Made by a program: the position numbers and the translations under genes. Below are positions 1 through 12,655 of a DNA stretch of 64,000 nt, piece by piece; positions within the stretch are counted from its first letter, which is position 1, and every line of letters starts with the position of its first letter. The DNA comes from Eremomyces bilateralis CBS 781.70 (taxonomy: Eukaryota), in assembly GCA_010015585.1 (NCBI GenBank), contig ML975149.1; one strand, 5' to 3'. The notes under the pieces were generated by a model. It was not told where the DNA came from, searched no databases, and was given only the letters and a program-made list of their open reading frames with translations.

Positions 1-427
1 GTTGCCGGCTGGCAACATAGCATTGAGGGGGCGTATGGGGATTTGTATTGGAGTTTCAGGCCATGTAAGACCGAGAAGGGTTCCTCTGTTCGGTTGAGAG
101 GGCAATGCCGTAGCGCGGTGGTCAAGAGGGCTACAGGGTCTAAGTCGGAATGACCAACACCGTCTATATAATAGTAGCCTAGGTGGCATTGTCCTCCCGG
201 TGTCTGGACAAACAGGATCGCTCGAGGTAGTACGGTAATCTAATAGCATTTACCGAATTATTGTACAAGAACTTCGAAGCCCAAAATCCACAGCATTAAG
301 CCCTCGCCACGTGCAACATTCCAAAAGAAAAGCCCATCAACACTCTAGACTGGGTATTTAGACAACTACTAGATTTTACTTGATCTGACTTTATCAACAA
401 GATCGAAAGCGTTCCTCGATGGACTCT

Positions 428-1431
428 TTACAACGCGGCAAACGCCAACACGGCAGCGGCAAACGCCGCAACCCCCCCCACGGCATTCTTCACCGCCTCA
501 CCGGTGAACGCCGGCGGCTTCTGGCCAGTCGGCACCGGAGGACTCGCGGTCGGTTTGCTGGTCTTATTGCCGCCTACGCCCGAGGACGGCGACGACGGGG
601 CCGCGGACGAGCTGGTTGGGGGCTTCGAGCCCGATGGGGTTGGCTTGGGAGGTCCACCGTGTCCAGCCGGGTGTTCGGGATTCGGCTTGGGAGGTCCCTC
701 ATGCCCGGCCGGGTGCTCGGGATTCGGCTTGGGAGCTTCACCATGGCCGGCCGGGTGTTCGGGTTCGGGATTCGGCTTGGGGGCTCCGCCATGTCCGGCG
801 TGCTCGGGCTCTGGGGATGCAGGCGCCGGGGAGGAAGGCGCTGCGGCTGCGGGCGCTGCGGATGCGGGAGCCGGGTTGGCAGCGGCGGGGGGTGCAGCGG
901 CAGCCGGGCCGCTGGCGGGATCAAAAGTCACGGACCCCGTGGCGCCCCCCAGTTCGCCGTGATCCATTCCCTCGTGTGAGGCGTCAGTAGAACCGGTCGA
1001 GCCGGTCGAACCGACGGTGAGAGGGACGCCGAGGCTCGAACATAAGTCTTCCAGGGCCGTCTGGACAACTAGAAGACGTTAGCATGGCGATGCGTGTACC
1101 TTGGAGAGGTGAAGAGGGGCGCGGGAAGAGCGGAGGATTGGGGAGCGGGAGAGCAGAAAAAAACGTACGCGATTGCTCGGGAACAGAGCACTCAAGCTGG
1201 ATACACGGTTCGAGGGATTCGAGTATAGCGTCCTGCGACCTGCAATGGCATGCGAAATCTTCCGCACAGGCACTATTGGCCGAGAGGGCTGTTCCGATAC
1301 AACTTGCCTTGATCGCGTCAGTCGTGGAAGCTTGAAGGCAGAGAACTGTCACCTACAGCGCAATCCGGAACCTCCGGAGCCTGGGCATAGACGATAGATG
1401 CCAAGACGGCAACGGCTACGACGGTCTTCAT
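428..1431 (-). CDS. GPI-anchored CFEM-domain cell-surface protein with His/Pro-rich repeats (3 exons)
   Basis: ATG at 1431 gives signal peptide MKTVVAVAVLASIVYAQ. Introns GTAGGT..AAG (1356-1308) and GTACGT..GCTAAC..CTAG join an 8-Cys CFEM pattern (PDCA-SC-SACAEDFACHC-PC-EC-LC) in frame to ORF 428..967. Hydrophobic C-terminus (GGVAAFAAAVLAFAAL) typical of a GPI signal. Confidence 0.88.
640..812 (-). repeat. Coding tandem repeat, about 4 units of 42-48 nt (EHPAGHxxPPKPNP)
   Basis: GGCTTGGG recurs at 642, 684, 726 and 774 on the + strand. Confidence 0.9.
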
Positions 1432-2826
1432 GATGAATGATGGACGTCGAGAACAATAGCTAAGCGAGTGACAGATAGAAGCGTGAAGATTAGTTGAAGA
1501 TGGAATGGATAATGCAAAGAAACTCGCTTGCTCGTGACCGCTTGAGACTCAGCTGCTGACAGAAAAGAAGTGGGAAAGGGAGGGAAAGCCTATATAGCGA
1601 GGGCAGCAAGAATAATATTAATGTCATACGGGAGTCATTGCAATCTACAACGTAAAATCAAATTGGAGGCGAAGTAGCACACTCTCGCCGGAAATTACAC
1701 CCATCAGCATAGATGAGTTGTCTCCTTTGGCGTCCAAATAAACGGGCAGGACGATCAACCGCGACAGGGTACGCTGGACAATGATGGGGAGAAGATATTG
1801 ATTGTTCAAGGGGCGCGAGGCCAGCTCACGGCACAGGTCATGGTCATCGATGTCAGCCAAGCGGTCTCCTGGGATTTTCCGCTGCCATTGGGAGGATGGA
1901 GCCTTCCACACTTCCCGCTACGGTTCAGAAGCGACAACATTGTTGGAACGAAGGGCTCGATCGCTCCCACGGACTAGGAGACACGGGTTCAGAGATTGGA
2001 TTGTAATATATGGTGCCAAGATTTCATATGAACAAGACACGAGATGGGGGGGAGTTTATTGATTCTCCTAGGATCCCATGTGCTCAACTTATTTAATGAG
2101 CGATGGCTGTATGCCAATGAGATTTGTTGTGAAGACAGTCCTGACGCCGTCAACTGTGTGCTGCAAATATGAGATGGGAGTGTAGGTTATGTTCCTGTCT
2201 AGAAGATTGTAGAGATGAGAGATGAGGTGTCGTTGATCTGCCGGGTTCCCCGAAGGTCATGATAGGAAAAAGGTCACGTGCCAGAATCTCAACGACTAAT
2301 TTCCGACTACTTCATGTTGACCTTCATGAATTTACTGAATGCGTCAACTTGGAAGTTGAACACTAACAAAAGTTGATTGTACCGCCTTGACAACATTCTC
2401 TCAATTCACTTAACATGATCATCCGTACCGCATGCTTCTTGCGATTTGACGATGCTTATGTGTACATCAAGCGTGTCAAGGGAGTCGTGGCTTCGATTTC
2501 GTCCGGGTCGGAATCACATCTACATCACAGAATGCGGATTCATATGAAATCTAATGTTCGAAGATAGTAGTACAAGTGTTCCAATAGTCAACTACATGCT
2601 GGGGATTCAAACCGTGTCTAGCAAGCCGTGCCTTCCTGCGCTAGGTAGGCGATACGGCAGCCGGAGAGAACTCACCCTCTTATCCAACTCCAAGCCCAAT
2701 GAAACACGCTCTAAGCAATATACATTATCCAGTAAAGATTAGGAATATGCGTCATGGTAAGGCATTAGCATCCTCGATGATCGATCGAACGCGGGGAGGA
2801 TCGCGCCATGGTGTGGATGTGGTGTC

Positions 2827-5800
2827 TCAACTCATCAACGCCTGCACTTTCTCCCTCTCAGCCACGATCTGGCTCTGCAGCCTTCGGGTCTGCCGCATTG
2901 CTTCGTCCCTATGGTAACTGTCAGTTGGTTCACGCACGTCAAGGAGCCACAGGAACAATGACTGGAATGAACTCACCTCTCCGACTGCAACTCCGCCACC
3001 TCAATCTGCGCCATGTTCATCCTCCCCACCACATCCCCCATCTCCCGTTCCGCCTCCCTCAACGCCCGCTCCAGATCCTCCACCCGCCTCTCCAACGCCT
3101 CCGTCTTCCCCGCCTCCGCCATGCTGATCCCCGGCCCACTGCTCGTCTTGTCCAGCCGCGGGCTCCGCAGCGCGAACAGCGGGTTCGGCGACTGGCTGCC
3201 ACTGCCCTGCGCGCTCGCGCGGCTCATCATCGATGTCCGCCGCGACCCCGCCGCGATGCTCGACTTCACCCGCAACAACTGCGCGCTCTGCGACTCCCGC
3301 AGCCATCGCACCTCATCCTCGTGCTCTGCGACGATCGTCTCGCTGTGCGACTGCGCCGCCATGACGTGGTCTTCCAGCTGGCGCAGCTTCCCCTGCATCT
3401 CGACGATCTTCGCCGCGCTGGCGCGCTGCTCGCGCTCGCCGCGGTTGATCGCTTCGGCAAGCCGGTGTCGCAGCTCCGAGTTGCTCTGAATCTGGGACTG
3501 CACTTGCGACGCGAGCTCGTCCATGCGCTGCGCGGACGCGTACAGGTCGGCGGCCATGGTCTGCTCTTTCGCGAGGTGAGAGATCTCGGAGGCTTGGAGG
3601 GCTCGTGCCGCCTTGCGGTATTCTTCGGCCTCGCGCATCGCGGTGTCGCGTTCGGTTTCGGCGGAGGAGATGCTGGCTTTCAGGAGGGCCATGGTGCGTT
3701 CGGCTTCGGCGGTGGTAGCTTGGTGGCCGGTAGTGGCGTCGGATTCCATTTCTTTGACGCGGGCGATCGAGAGGGCGTGGGTGGTGCGGAGTTCATTGTA
3801 GGCCTTGTGTAGGGACGCGGATTCAGCGGCGCCGAAGGATTCAGGGATGGAAATGTCGTTTTCTTGAAGGAGAGCACGGAGGGAGGCGGTTTCTAGTTGT
3901 GCGCGGTCGAGATCCATTTTCAGCCCGCTCAAGCCTTTCTCGCAATTCAACTTCTGGTCCAGCGCGTCATATGCTCGACGACGGAGGTGCGTTACCTCGC
4001 CTTTAAGATCCGTCACTTCTCGATGGAATGCAGTTCTTCGAGGCGTCAGGTTAATAGCAGCATTCAAGGCCTCATCCCTCTCTTGCTCCAAAGCCCGAAT
4101 CCGTTTCGTATGCTCCTTGGCCTGGAAAGCTTGACGATCCAACAAACTCTTCAAAGCTTGATGAAGTGCATCACGCTGCTCTTCGATATCTTTGACTCGA
4201 TCCGAGTAAGTCTGCTGATCGCGTTCCTTGACCGAGTTCGACCGTGATAGCGTGCCGCGTCTGCCCGAAATGGTTGAATTTCGAGCCAGGGAATTTGAGT
4301 GTGCTAGCCCCATAATCGAGGTCCTGACTCCAGGCGCGCTCCTTTCTTCGGCGATCATATTGAATCGGCTCGCCTGCTGTTGCATTTCCATCTGGAGCTT
4401 TCGAGCCGTGATAAGCGTCTGGTTCTCTTTTCGGAGCTGGTCCACCTCCTGCTGCATCCTGCTGTTCTCATACGATAGCGTCTGAGCTTCCGCCGCCGCT
4501 GCCTCTAAACCCTCGACCCTTGCCCTCAAGTGAGGTACAACCTCATCCCTAAGATTGTCCCGCTCGCTTCGGAGTTGTTCTAGATCCTGTCGGAGCGCGG
4601 TATAAAGGTCCTCAAAGTTCTCTCTCTGCTGCCGCTCCACCGCGAGTCGCCGTCGAGTGTCTTCAAGGGTCCCTTCGAGCTCCCGCAAACGTTGATTATC
4701 TGCGGCACCGACAGCTTGTATTTGCAACTGTTCTTCGACTTCGCGACGCAATTGAGTTTCTTCTTGCAATCGTTGATTCATGTCGACCTTTAATCGAGCC
4801 TTTTCTTGTTCCGCTTGTCTCCGCAAGCGCTCCAACTGCTCTATTTTGACATCGGAGTCGCCCGTCGGGTATCGCACAGAGCTTGCCCCTGAATCTGAAT
4901 AGTAATCGCTTGTCCTTCGGTTGTCCGTGGAAAACGCGTCTCTCTCAGATTTCCACCTCTCGACTTCATCTTCCAGTTCCATCTCACGTTTGATGGACCC
5001 GGCTAGTTCCTCGGTGACTTCCTTCAGTTCGCGCTCAAGCGCGTCGATTTTGGCAGCCATTTCGGGGTCATGTGGTGCCACTGGTCCGCCTTGGCTTGCA
5101 ATGGACCCATTTCGAGTAGCGCCATTGGACGTGGGTCCGTCAAGGACCGCATAGCCCAGACGCGATTGGGTGTAATGGTGCATCGGAGGTCTCGAAAAGT
5201 GAGGAGATGCAGGCGATGCAGGCGAACTGCCGGAGAAGGTGGTGGTCGGGGAATCCTGGCCAACCGTTTGAGATGTTGGCTTCCAGCTAAAGAACTCGGA
5301 TATCTTCTGTCCAGGCGACTTGAGTGGTTGCCCAACATTAGGAGAAATGGGGGACGGTAGAGTCTCTTCGGTATAGGTTCGGGTTGGATGATCGAGTCTC
5401 AAGCTCAGGCCATGACCCTTTTGACCATATGATCCCATCGTGGAGGATCGGCCTGACTCTGGGGGTTGGCTGGCTCCAGTAGTAGAGCTGGCTTCATCTG
5501 GTATTGAGGGTTGCGATTGGGAGTGGCCGTGATTATTAGCGCTCTCTGAAGAAGATGCCTGTCGCGATATTATTTGAATATTTGGGATCGATTTAGGAGG
5601 GTCGGGGAGTCTTGAGCTAGGAGGAGGCCCTGTAGGTAGAAAACCATGAGGAAACCTTTGAATACCATTTAGCAAAGCAATACATCAGCGGAGAGATAAA
5701 CTCACTGGTCCAGGTCTCGAGGTGCGAAAGAAGTCTCCGTCCCGCTAGGAAGAGGAGGGAGAACGGTTATAGGTGGTGGAAGAGCATCTGCCGACGGACT

Positions 5801-6214
5801 ATCAACCGAGAGCGACCGTTGACTAGTTTTCCTGATGACAACTTTCGACGATGATATGTATTCTCCGGACGAGTACCGAGCCGCAATGATAGGTGAAGCG
5901 TTCGGAGGGAGAGGTTTACGGCGTATCGGAGATTGGTTGCCAGTGGTGATGGGTAGGTTCGCAGTCTGCGCTCTGAAGGAAGAAAAGGAAGGAATCTGGA
6001 CGCTTGGAAGCGAACTCTTTCGGGGTGGAAGGGCATTCGTTGCATTCGGAGGAGGTTGAGTATTCGAACGAATAGGAAAGGGAGCAACCGGCCGGGCGCT
6101 CGCACCAGGCGGAGGAGGGCGGTGGGAGTACATTGGATATCCAGACTATCGGGACTATCGCAACGAAAGGATCCGCGCAGACATAAACATTACGGGCATC
6201 GCTTCTGAAGCCAT
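2827..6214 (-). CDS. Large fungal coiled-coil protein with Ser/Pro-rich disordered N-terminus (about 4 exons), function unknown
   Basis: ORFs 5702..6133 and 2973..5675 are joined by a GTGAGT..AAG intron. The last intron GTGAGT..CTGAC..TAG gives terminal RDEAMRQTRRLQSQIVAEREKVQALMS*. A short first exon from ATG 6214 is probable but the start is uncertain. Long heptad-rich E/Q/R/L segments. Confidence 0.75.
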
Positions 6215-7725
6215 TCGAGAGGACGTGAGGAAGTTGGGGAAGATTACGGTGGTGAAGGCCCCGAACAAAGTTTGAAGGTGTTGAAGGCGTCTAGGGGGCT
6301 GGCAGGCGCCGGACAATCACGGACAAGCGCGAACCCCCGGTTCAGGGACAGGACGGCCGTGCTGACAGCATCAAATCATCATGGAGAATGAAGGATAGGT
6401 TGAATTGAACGCATCGACACTAAGAGCGAAGGAAGTTAAAACACTACCTTAGCGACAAGCAGTTATCCACCTGAGCCGGCATGCAGAGTGTTTTCGGCAA
6501 TGGAAGAACATGAAGAAGGCCAGAATTGACGACGGAACCATAACATCCTGGTTCATGAGTGGACTAATGCGAATGTCTCTTAGCATGAAGTCAGGGGTGA
6601 ACTTGATACTATTGGATCCGATGCGGCGCTTTGGTCGCTAAGGGGTAGCCATGGATTTTCGTGAATGGCTGCCCCTCGAACAATTGGGCAATTTGAGGGT
6701 TCGGATCGCGTACGAGGGTGGATGAGGCCCGATGACTGGTCGGTCCGAATGCAGGAACCGCCGAATGCGCAGCAGTGCAACACACATCAAATCGCTCTCT
6801 GGGGTAAGGTGAAAAGGGGGCTGTCTTGGTATGACTGCCAATGCAAGCCACGCCGTGTCATCGATTGGGATCATTGGATAATTAATAGAATACTCACATC
6901 GACCTTCTTCTAAGCGGCCAACACTTTTTGGTGTTTGTTGGGATTTCGAGGCCTAGGATTTGTATGAAGCCCATGTCGCTCGGCTCATGACTTTGGACGG
7001 ATGAATATTAATGACATGATAGCAGATAGAGACAGGTCATGGCGGCTCCGATAACTGGGATATGGTGGTCGTGCCTATCCTGTATTATCGTCGTCCCTTG
7101 CATAACTGCATGGATATCGTCTTTGGCTTACTCCGTAGAGGACCGACAATAAGGAATATATGGCCTTGAAGATGCTGTAGGACAAACCGCCACCAGGACG
7201 TATTATCGCTATTGAGAAAATGAGAGTAGATGAATTAGTCTACCCCGCTCATATCAGGATGCCATTTCAACTATAATTTCCTGGCAGCTGAAGGTCCCAA
7301 GGTAGACATCATGGCTGGACATAACGAAGGACCTTTCTCAACGCGCTGGAGCCTCGGAGAAGGGGATTACCCAAGGCTACGAATCACAGATAGGTAAATC
7401 GTCCAACAAATAGGAATATGGCATGTTGGTATCAGAAAACTCAAGGAACAGAACTTCTTTTTTATTTGGAAGAGAACCCAAGAACACATCATCTCATTTC
7501 CAAGCAGATTCACTTAACTGTCACAACAGTTCAGTGATCACCCTGCATTTGTGGTGCCTAAAGTTCACCGGGCACATCGATAGCTTTCGTAGCTTCATGT
7601 TCTCAGATGTCGAACCTGGCCTTCTCTACACGGCCGCATTCATGACATGGTAATAACACAACCTACAGCTGATTTTCGACTTTGATACCCTCAGTTCCCG
7701 AGCTTGGGGTTCCTAATACTTCGCC

Positions 7726-8529
7726 ATGTCTACACCACGAAGTCCCCTCCAATCCACCTTCCAGTCGACCACCTACAACCCCTCCACTCCACCTCCACCA
7801 CCACCAAAGCCCTCAACGCAGTCCAACACCCCCCTCTCCGGACCACCTCGTCCTCCTCCGCCGGCCAGCAGCCAGGAAGAATGGCTCTGGGACAACAGCC
7901 GCCAACAGTACCACCGCAATGACCCCCAAACCGGCGCCCCTCTCTACACCTCCAACCCACCTACCCGTCCCCCGCCGTCCTCCCACCACCAACAACCGAT
8001 CGACCCCCCCTCACCCGGCTGGCTCCCCCCCAATGTCCGTGACAAAACCACCCCCGACCTCCACGTCCTCCTCTCCAACCCCCCGCTCCTCTCCTCCCTC
8101 GCGCACACCCACCCCTCCATCCCTGCCTCCACCGCCCCTCTCACCTCCCTCCTCTCCACCAACACCACCCTCGCCCACCGTCTCCTCGCCCTTGAAACCT
8201 CCCTCGCCACCCACCGCGCCGCCACCCAATCGCGGCTCCTCGCCCTGCGCGCCCTCGAGCAGCAGTGGCGCGGGAAGCAGAGCGCCCAGGACGCGGGGTT
8301 GCAGGAGTTCGCGCCGTCGGGGCTGTATCGGAGGTTGAATCAGGCGGTGGCGGAGCAGGAGATGGTGTGTCGCGGGGTGGAGGAGAGCTTTTTGGAGGGG
8401 GAGGGGAGGGCGGAGGAGAGGGAGGTGGGGGAATGGATGAAGCGGGTGAGGGAGGGGAGGAGGGTGGCGTTTATGCGGAGGGAAGGGAGGGAGAGGTGGG
8501 ATGAGGGGAGGGTTGGGGGGTGGAGATGA
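7726..8529 (+). CDS. vps37: ESCRT-I subunit Vps37-like (Mod(r) C-terminal domain)
   Basis: Pro-rich N-terminus, coiled coil, then LYRRLNQAVAEQEMVCRGVEESFLEG...WMKRVREGRRVAFMRRE..WDEGRVGGWR, as in fungal Vps37/Mod_r proteins. Confidence 0.75.
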   Translation: MSTPRSPLQSTFQSTTYNPSTPPPPPPKPSTQSNTPLSGPPRPPPPASSQEEWLWDNSRQQYHRNDPQTGAPLYTSNPPTRPPPSSHHQQPIDPPSPGWLPPNVRDKTTPDLHVLLSNPPLLSSLAHTHPSIPASTAPLTSLLSTNTTLAHRLLALETSLATHRAATQSRLLALRALEQQWRGKQSAQDAGLQEFAPSGLYRRLNQAVAEQEMVCRGVEESFLEGEGRAEEREVGEWMKRVREGRRVAFMRREGRERWDEGRVGGWR

Positions 8530-8739
8530 GGGAGAGAATTAGATAGACTTGGAGTACGATGTTATGAAGCGTGTTGGATCTACTTAAGAGCATACGATAT
8601 CCAGTTTGGTCCGAATTGCTATCAGGACTCAGAGCATAGTATGGCGCACTGGGTTGGTCACGTTAAGGCACACAATTTGAACAAGGGCAGTAAGGGATGC
8701 AATTATATTCATTGCATTCATGATAAGCTATCTAAATTC

Positions 8740-10230
8740 ACGAAATTGTGTTTGATGGCACTGTACTTTGCAATACTAAAGATCCTGTTACTGAGCAGCT
8801 GTCAGCATGACATGCTCTGATACACATCCAATAAAATAAATAAAGAAGGTTGCCAAAATCAGTTCTCCAAGGTGATGGTATTTGTTTCTTCAAAGTAAAA
8901 CTCGGTAAGAACACAGCGAATAGTTTTTTCATCATATAATGCACAACATCGGGCGAAATGATAATCGAGCGTACCTTGCGAATGTTTCTCAACATCAATG
9001 ATAAGAGTTCGATCCTGTAGGACATTCGACACAGTCAGCAATGGTCTTGAAGCTGAACATTGAAAGTAGTGTAAAGCAAGTCTATCAGTCTACGATCCGA
9101 ATTAGCGATTTTGCATGGCGATGTGTGAAGCCAAAACATACCTCATTAAATCAGAATTTTCAGTGATACGATCATCACATCGATGCAAGATCGATCAAAT
9201 AGTGTGAATAGTAGTGATCATCATATTAAAGTATGGTTGTGGAGAAAAATGTGCGAAAAATGTTTCATACCTGCAACAGTCAGTCAGGTCAGCGAGGCTC
9301 GATTTCAGTTGCATGATATGGTTGAAAGGGTAGGAGGATAATCAGGTGACGAATTCTCAACAAATATCCCCTCCACCAACATCCACAAGTTTTGTACGAC
9401 TTGCTGATCGGATGAGGTAGGAGAGGTATGTTCTGTCCGCCCGTTCGTTCAAAGATTCTTCATGTGGGTGGATTGGGATGGGAGTGAAAAATGATCAAGT
9501 CATACCTGGACAATCGATGTTAGCGAGTGTCGTGAGTGGATGTAGCAAAGCAGAATAAAGGTGATTTCCAGATCAGACAAGGCTGAAACTAAAAGCGACA
9601 GAATCGACATAAAAATTCAGATTGAGGAATGCCTTTCCATGAGTCTTGATGTCATCATTGGAAGAGAAGGGAAGCTGATGAGTGAAAAGGTCGTGCTTAC
9701 CTTACTACTGGAAAGAACTAAGTCTTTTAGCATAACCGAGAGCATGCTTTAAATGCAATGCTCGTCAAAGTTTTAGCCTTCCGAACTATATTCATTGAAG
9801 ACCAGAACAGAGATCATCCGAGGACGACGATATTTGGAAACTAGAAGTAGGCACAGTTAGCATAAATGCCACAAAGCACCGTCTCGACCGCAAGGCATGA
9901 AATAGCAAATCTCAGAGATGTATAAAGGATCCTTCATGGTTGGTAGGATTTGGATTGTTCATAATAAGAGAAATCATCATAGAAACCGAACAGAAAGATC
10001 TGATAGCTGGTACATACCTTGATATTGAACATATCGACCATCAAGCCTACAGCTGGGTCATATCGAAGCGCAAAACATCATACTTCGAGCGATGGAGCTC
10101 ACTGTTCAGGAGATGAAGTTGGAGGAAAAGGTGATGAAGTTTTGGAGTTTTGTAGAAAGTTTCAGTGGAGGTGGAGCTCTAGCTTCGAATATGATGACAT
10201 AAGCGAATCTCGGCGGACGACATAACCTCA
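8740..10230 (-). pseudogene. AT-rich decayed multi-intron gene relic (RIP-like damage)
   Basis: Markedly lower GC than the neighbouring genes. The minus strand retains several splice donors (GTATGT, GTAAGC) and branch/acceptor sets (GCTAAC..CTAG, GCTAAC..CCAG, CTGAC..GCAG). Exon frames are interrupted by TAA/TGA stops. Confidence 0.5.
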
Positions 10231-11089
10231 TAATGCTTCCTTTGTGCCTTATAGCCTTATCTCCATGCCTGTGCCAACAGAATGAGAGTACAACAGAAAG
10301 TGTACATACAAATCTAGCTGACGCTTGAGCAATTTCACCGATGGTGGGTGAATTACAGATGGAATTTATATACTCAGTTTAAACAGACTAATTAGCGGAA
10401 ATAATCTAGCTACGTGGCGTTGTGGTTATAGTCACTCATTTCACAGTCTACCAGTTGAAAGAAAGTATTACGTCGGAAAAACCCTAGGGGTGTTACCATA
10501 CCTAGGGCCTCGAGGCTTACTATAGTTTTGCTCTTTTGATAGACATCACCATGCCTACCTCGTTCTCTTTTTGCACTTCGGTACTCTTTGACGCCTTTCA
10601 AGCGACGATAGGCCCTGGAAGGAAGTCACAAAGGCATTCAGTTCTTATTGTGGTGCAAGTTCGACTCCCAGCAACTCCAATGCAAAAATCTACAGGATCG
10701 ATGATTGCTAAGGAAATGTAAAGTTTGGCTATTGGTCCTTAAAGTATCTATATGATATATCAGACCATGGGACGAAATTTGCTACCACTGCTGAAATTCG
10801 TAGAGTAAGTATCCCCTTACCTTGACATCATACTACTGTGTCTCCAGCGATGGTCAGGAATCCTTAGGCTCGGATGAGCTTAACTCATAAACAGATCAAG
10901 ACCAACCCTTAGTACTACTCCAAAATCACTCCAACTATGATCTCGGCGTCCTCCACAAGGCTAATTCAAAGTCTACGAGTTCCCAATGGCCAATGATACC
11001 TCGTCTCAGCATCTGCGCATTCAATCACTCTCTATCCCAACAATGGCGCCTCAATACGAATCTTAGGATACGGCGCATGGTAAGTCCCA

Positions 11090-11626
11090 GATGCCCAAGA
11101 GCTAGAGGTAACCGTCGCCCGAAAGCTGGATACCGACATGTCGATGCAGGCCAAGTGTATGCCAGTCCTTTCGCTTTAGACTCCATAATTTTGTGGCTAG
11201 GACTGACATTTTTCCCAGCTACTGCACGGAAAGGGCCATTGCGAATGCCATAATACCTCCGAGCTCCCCGTTCTCCCATCCACGCCCCACACCACAGTCC
11301 CTTGGGCAACGAGACCCGTTATTACGGCACGGGGAGTCCATGAGACTGAGAGAAGACTTATACATGTTGATATCGGCGAGATGTGTAAAAAATGGAGTGC
11401 AGGTCATTCTATCGTATCCAGGCACCTGATAAAATGATACAGTCGATGATCGAGTCAATGGCCGAGTCGAAGTTGGAAGGAGATTTTCAGTGGGAGCGGG
11501 CCGATATGGCCGTATGGGGGAGATCTGGAGAAGATCGAGGAGTCGGGCAAGATATTCAGGTTTAATGATCCACACAGGGTTGAGGTTTGGTGATCCACCA
11601 GAGCGTGGGTTTGACTGGGACATCAT
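11090..11626 (-). pseudogene. Possible hypothetical gene or pseudogene with in-frame TAG
   Basis: TATAAAA about 90 nt upstream of the ATG. Protein-like ORF (VWIIKPEYLARLLDLL; GWENGELGGIMAFAMALS) whose frame continues plausibly past the TAG at 11219 (LGKMSVLATKLWSLKRKDW). Confidence 0.3.
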
Positions 11627-12054
11627 TTATGGGCCCCCGAATGGTAAAAGTTGTACTCATGCAGTTTACGATGAGAATTACCAAAGTTCTTCGGCTGTAT
11701 AGGGCTGGTTTTATATTTACTTGAGGTATATGTTGATGTCGAAGCAATTTGTCTGAGTATGTCAAGAGCCGCTTGGCGGGGAACGCGTACGGTGGTCCGC
11801 GGAGTTTCGATTTCAGAGAAATAGAATTGGCCAAACTCCAGGAACTATGTCCAATGGCAGTGTACGCGCCGTCAAGGGGTCTGTCATCCCTCCACGCGTT
11901 CCAATGCTGAAATTATATGGCGAAGCGCCAATGCCCCAAACCAACTTTTGCCAAATTATCGGCGTATGAAGGCCCTTCCCAAGTCATCATTACGTGTCAA
12001 ATATTATTCCCCAGATGAATCGCGAAATTTGCGGGTGGTCCGTCAACACGGCGT

Positions 12055-12655
12055 TTATAGTGCCAAAACACCAAGCAGGCCGAGGGCGGCGGCAGCACCG
12101 ACACCAACGACACCGGTCGGGATAGCAGCACCGCCAGTCGACTCAGGGGCGGTAGTAGGAACAGGGGTGGAGCGAGACGAAGGGCGCGAAGTGCGAGAGG
12201 TGGTGCCGTTAGAGGCGCCGCTGCCATCGCCCGTCGTTGGCGGAACCTTGGTGGTCTGGATGCTCAGGACGCCGTCGCCGGAGATCGATGGGATAGGGCC
12301 GGTGGCGATGGAAGAAGAGGCTTCGGCATCGGGACCAAGGAGGTAGGTCTGGACGTCGGTGGGAAGGGCGGCGAACCAGCTGGGTGTGCTGCCGGCGGCG
12401 AACTCGGAGGCGATGATCGAGGAGACGGCAGCGGTGTCGGTCGCGGCGACGGCGAGGAGGGATGCTGGGAGGGCGGTGACGAGGACGCTGAGGATTGATC
12501 TGGAAGTGGATGGTTAGATTGAAGCTCAGCATGCGATCAGGCTGACTTTTAACGTACGAGTCGAGCGAAGAAGTGGCATCTTGACGCTTCTTAACTTCCG
12601 GATTGGCCATGGCACCAGCGGCCAGCGACAGGAGAGCGATGTTCTTAAACTGCAT
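12055..12655 (-). CDS. Small secreted Ser/Thr-rich GPI-anchored cell wall protein (2 exons)
   Basis: Signal peptide MQFKNIALLSLAAGAMA, Kex2-like KR site, intron GTACGT..CCAG, motif TPSWFAALPTDVQTYLL, Ser/Thr stalk, hydrophobic tail GVVGVGAAAALGLLGVLAL*. Confidence 0.85.

Noticed and set aside
2808..3812. Long antisense and alternative-frame ORFs (also 37960..38967, 58997..59860 and others)
   Set aside because: Shadow ORFs from GC-rich codon usage opposite real genes, with low-complexity translations and no family motifs.
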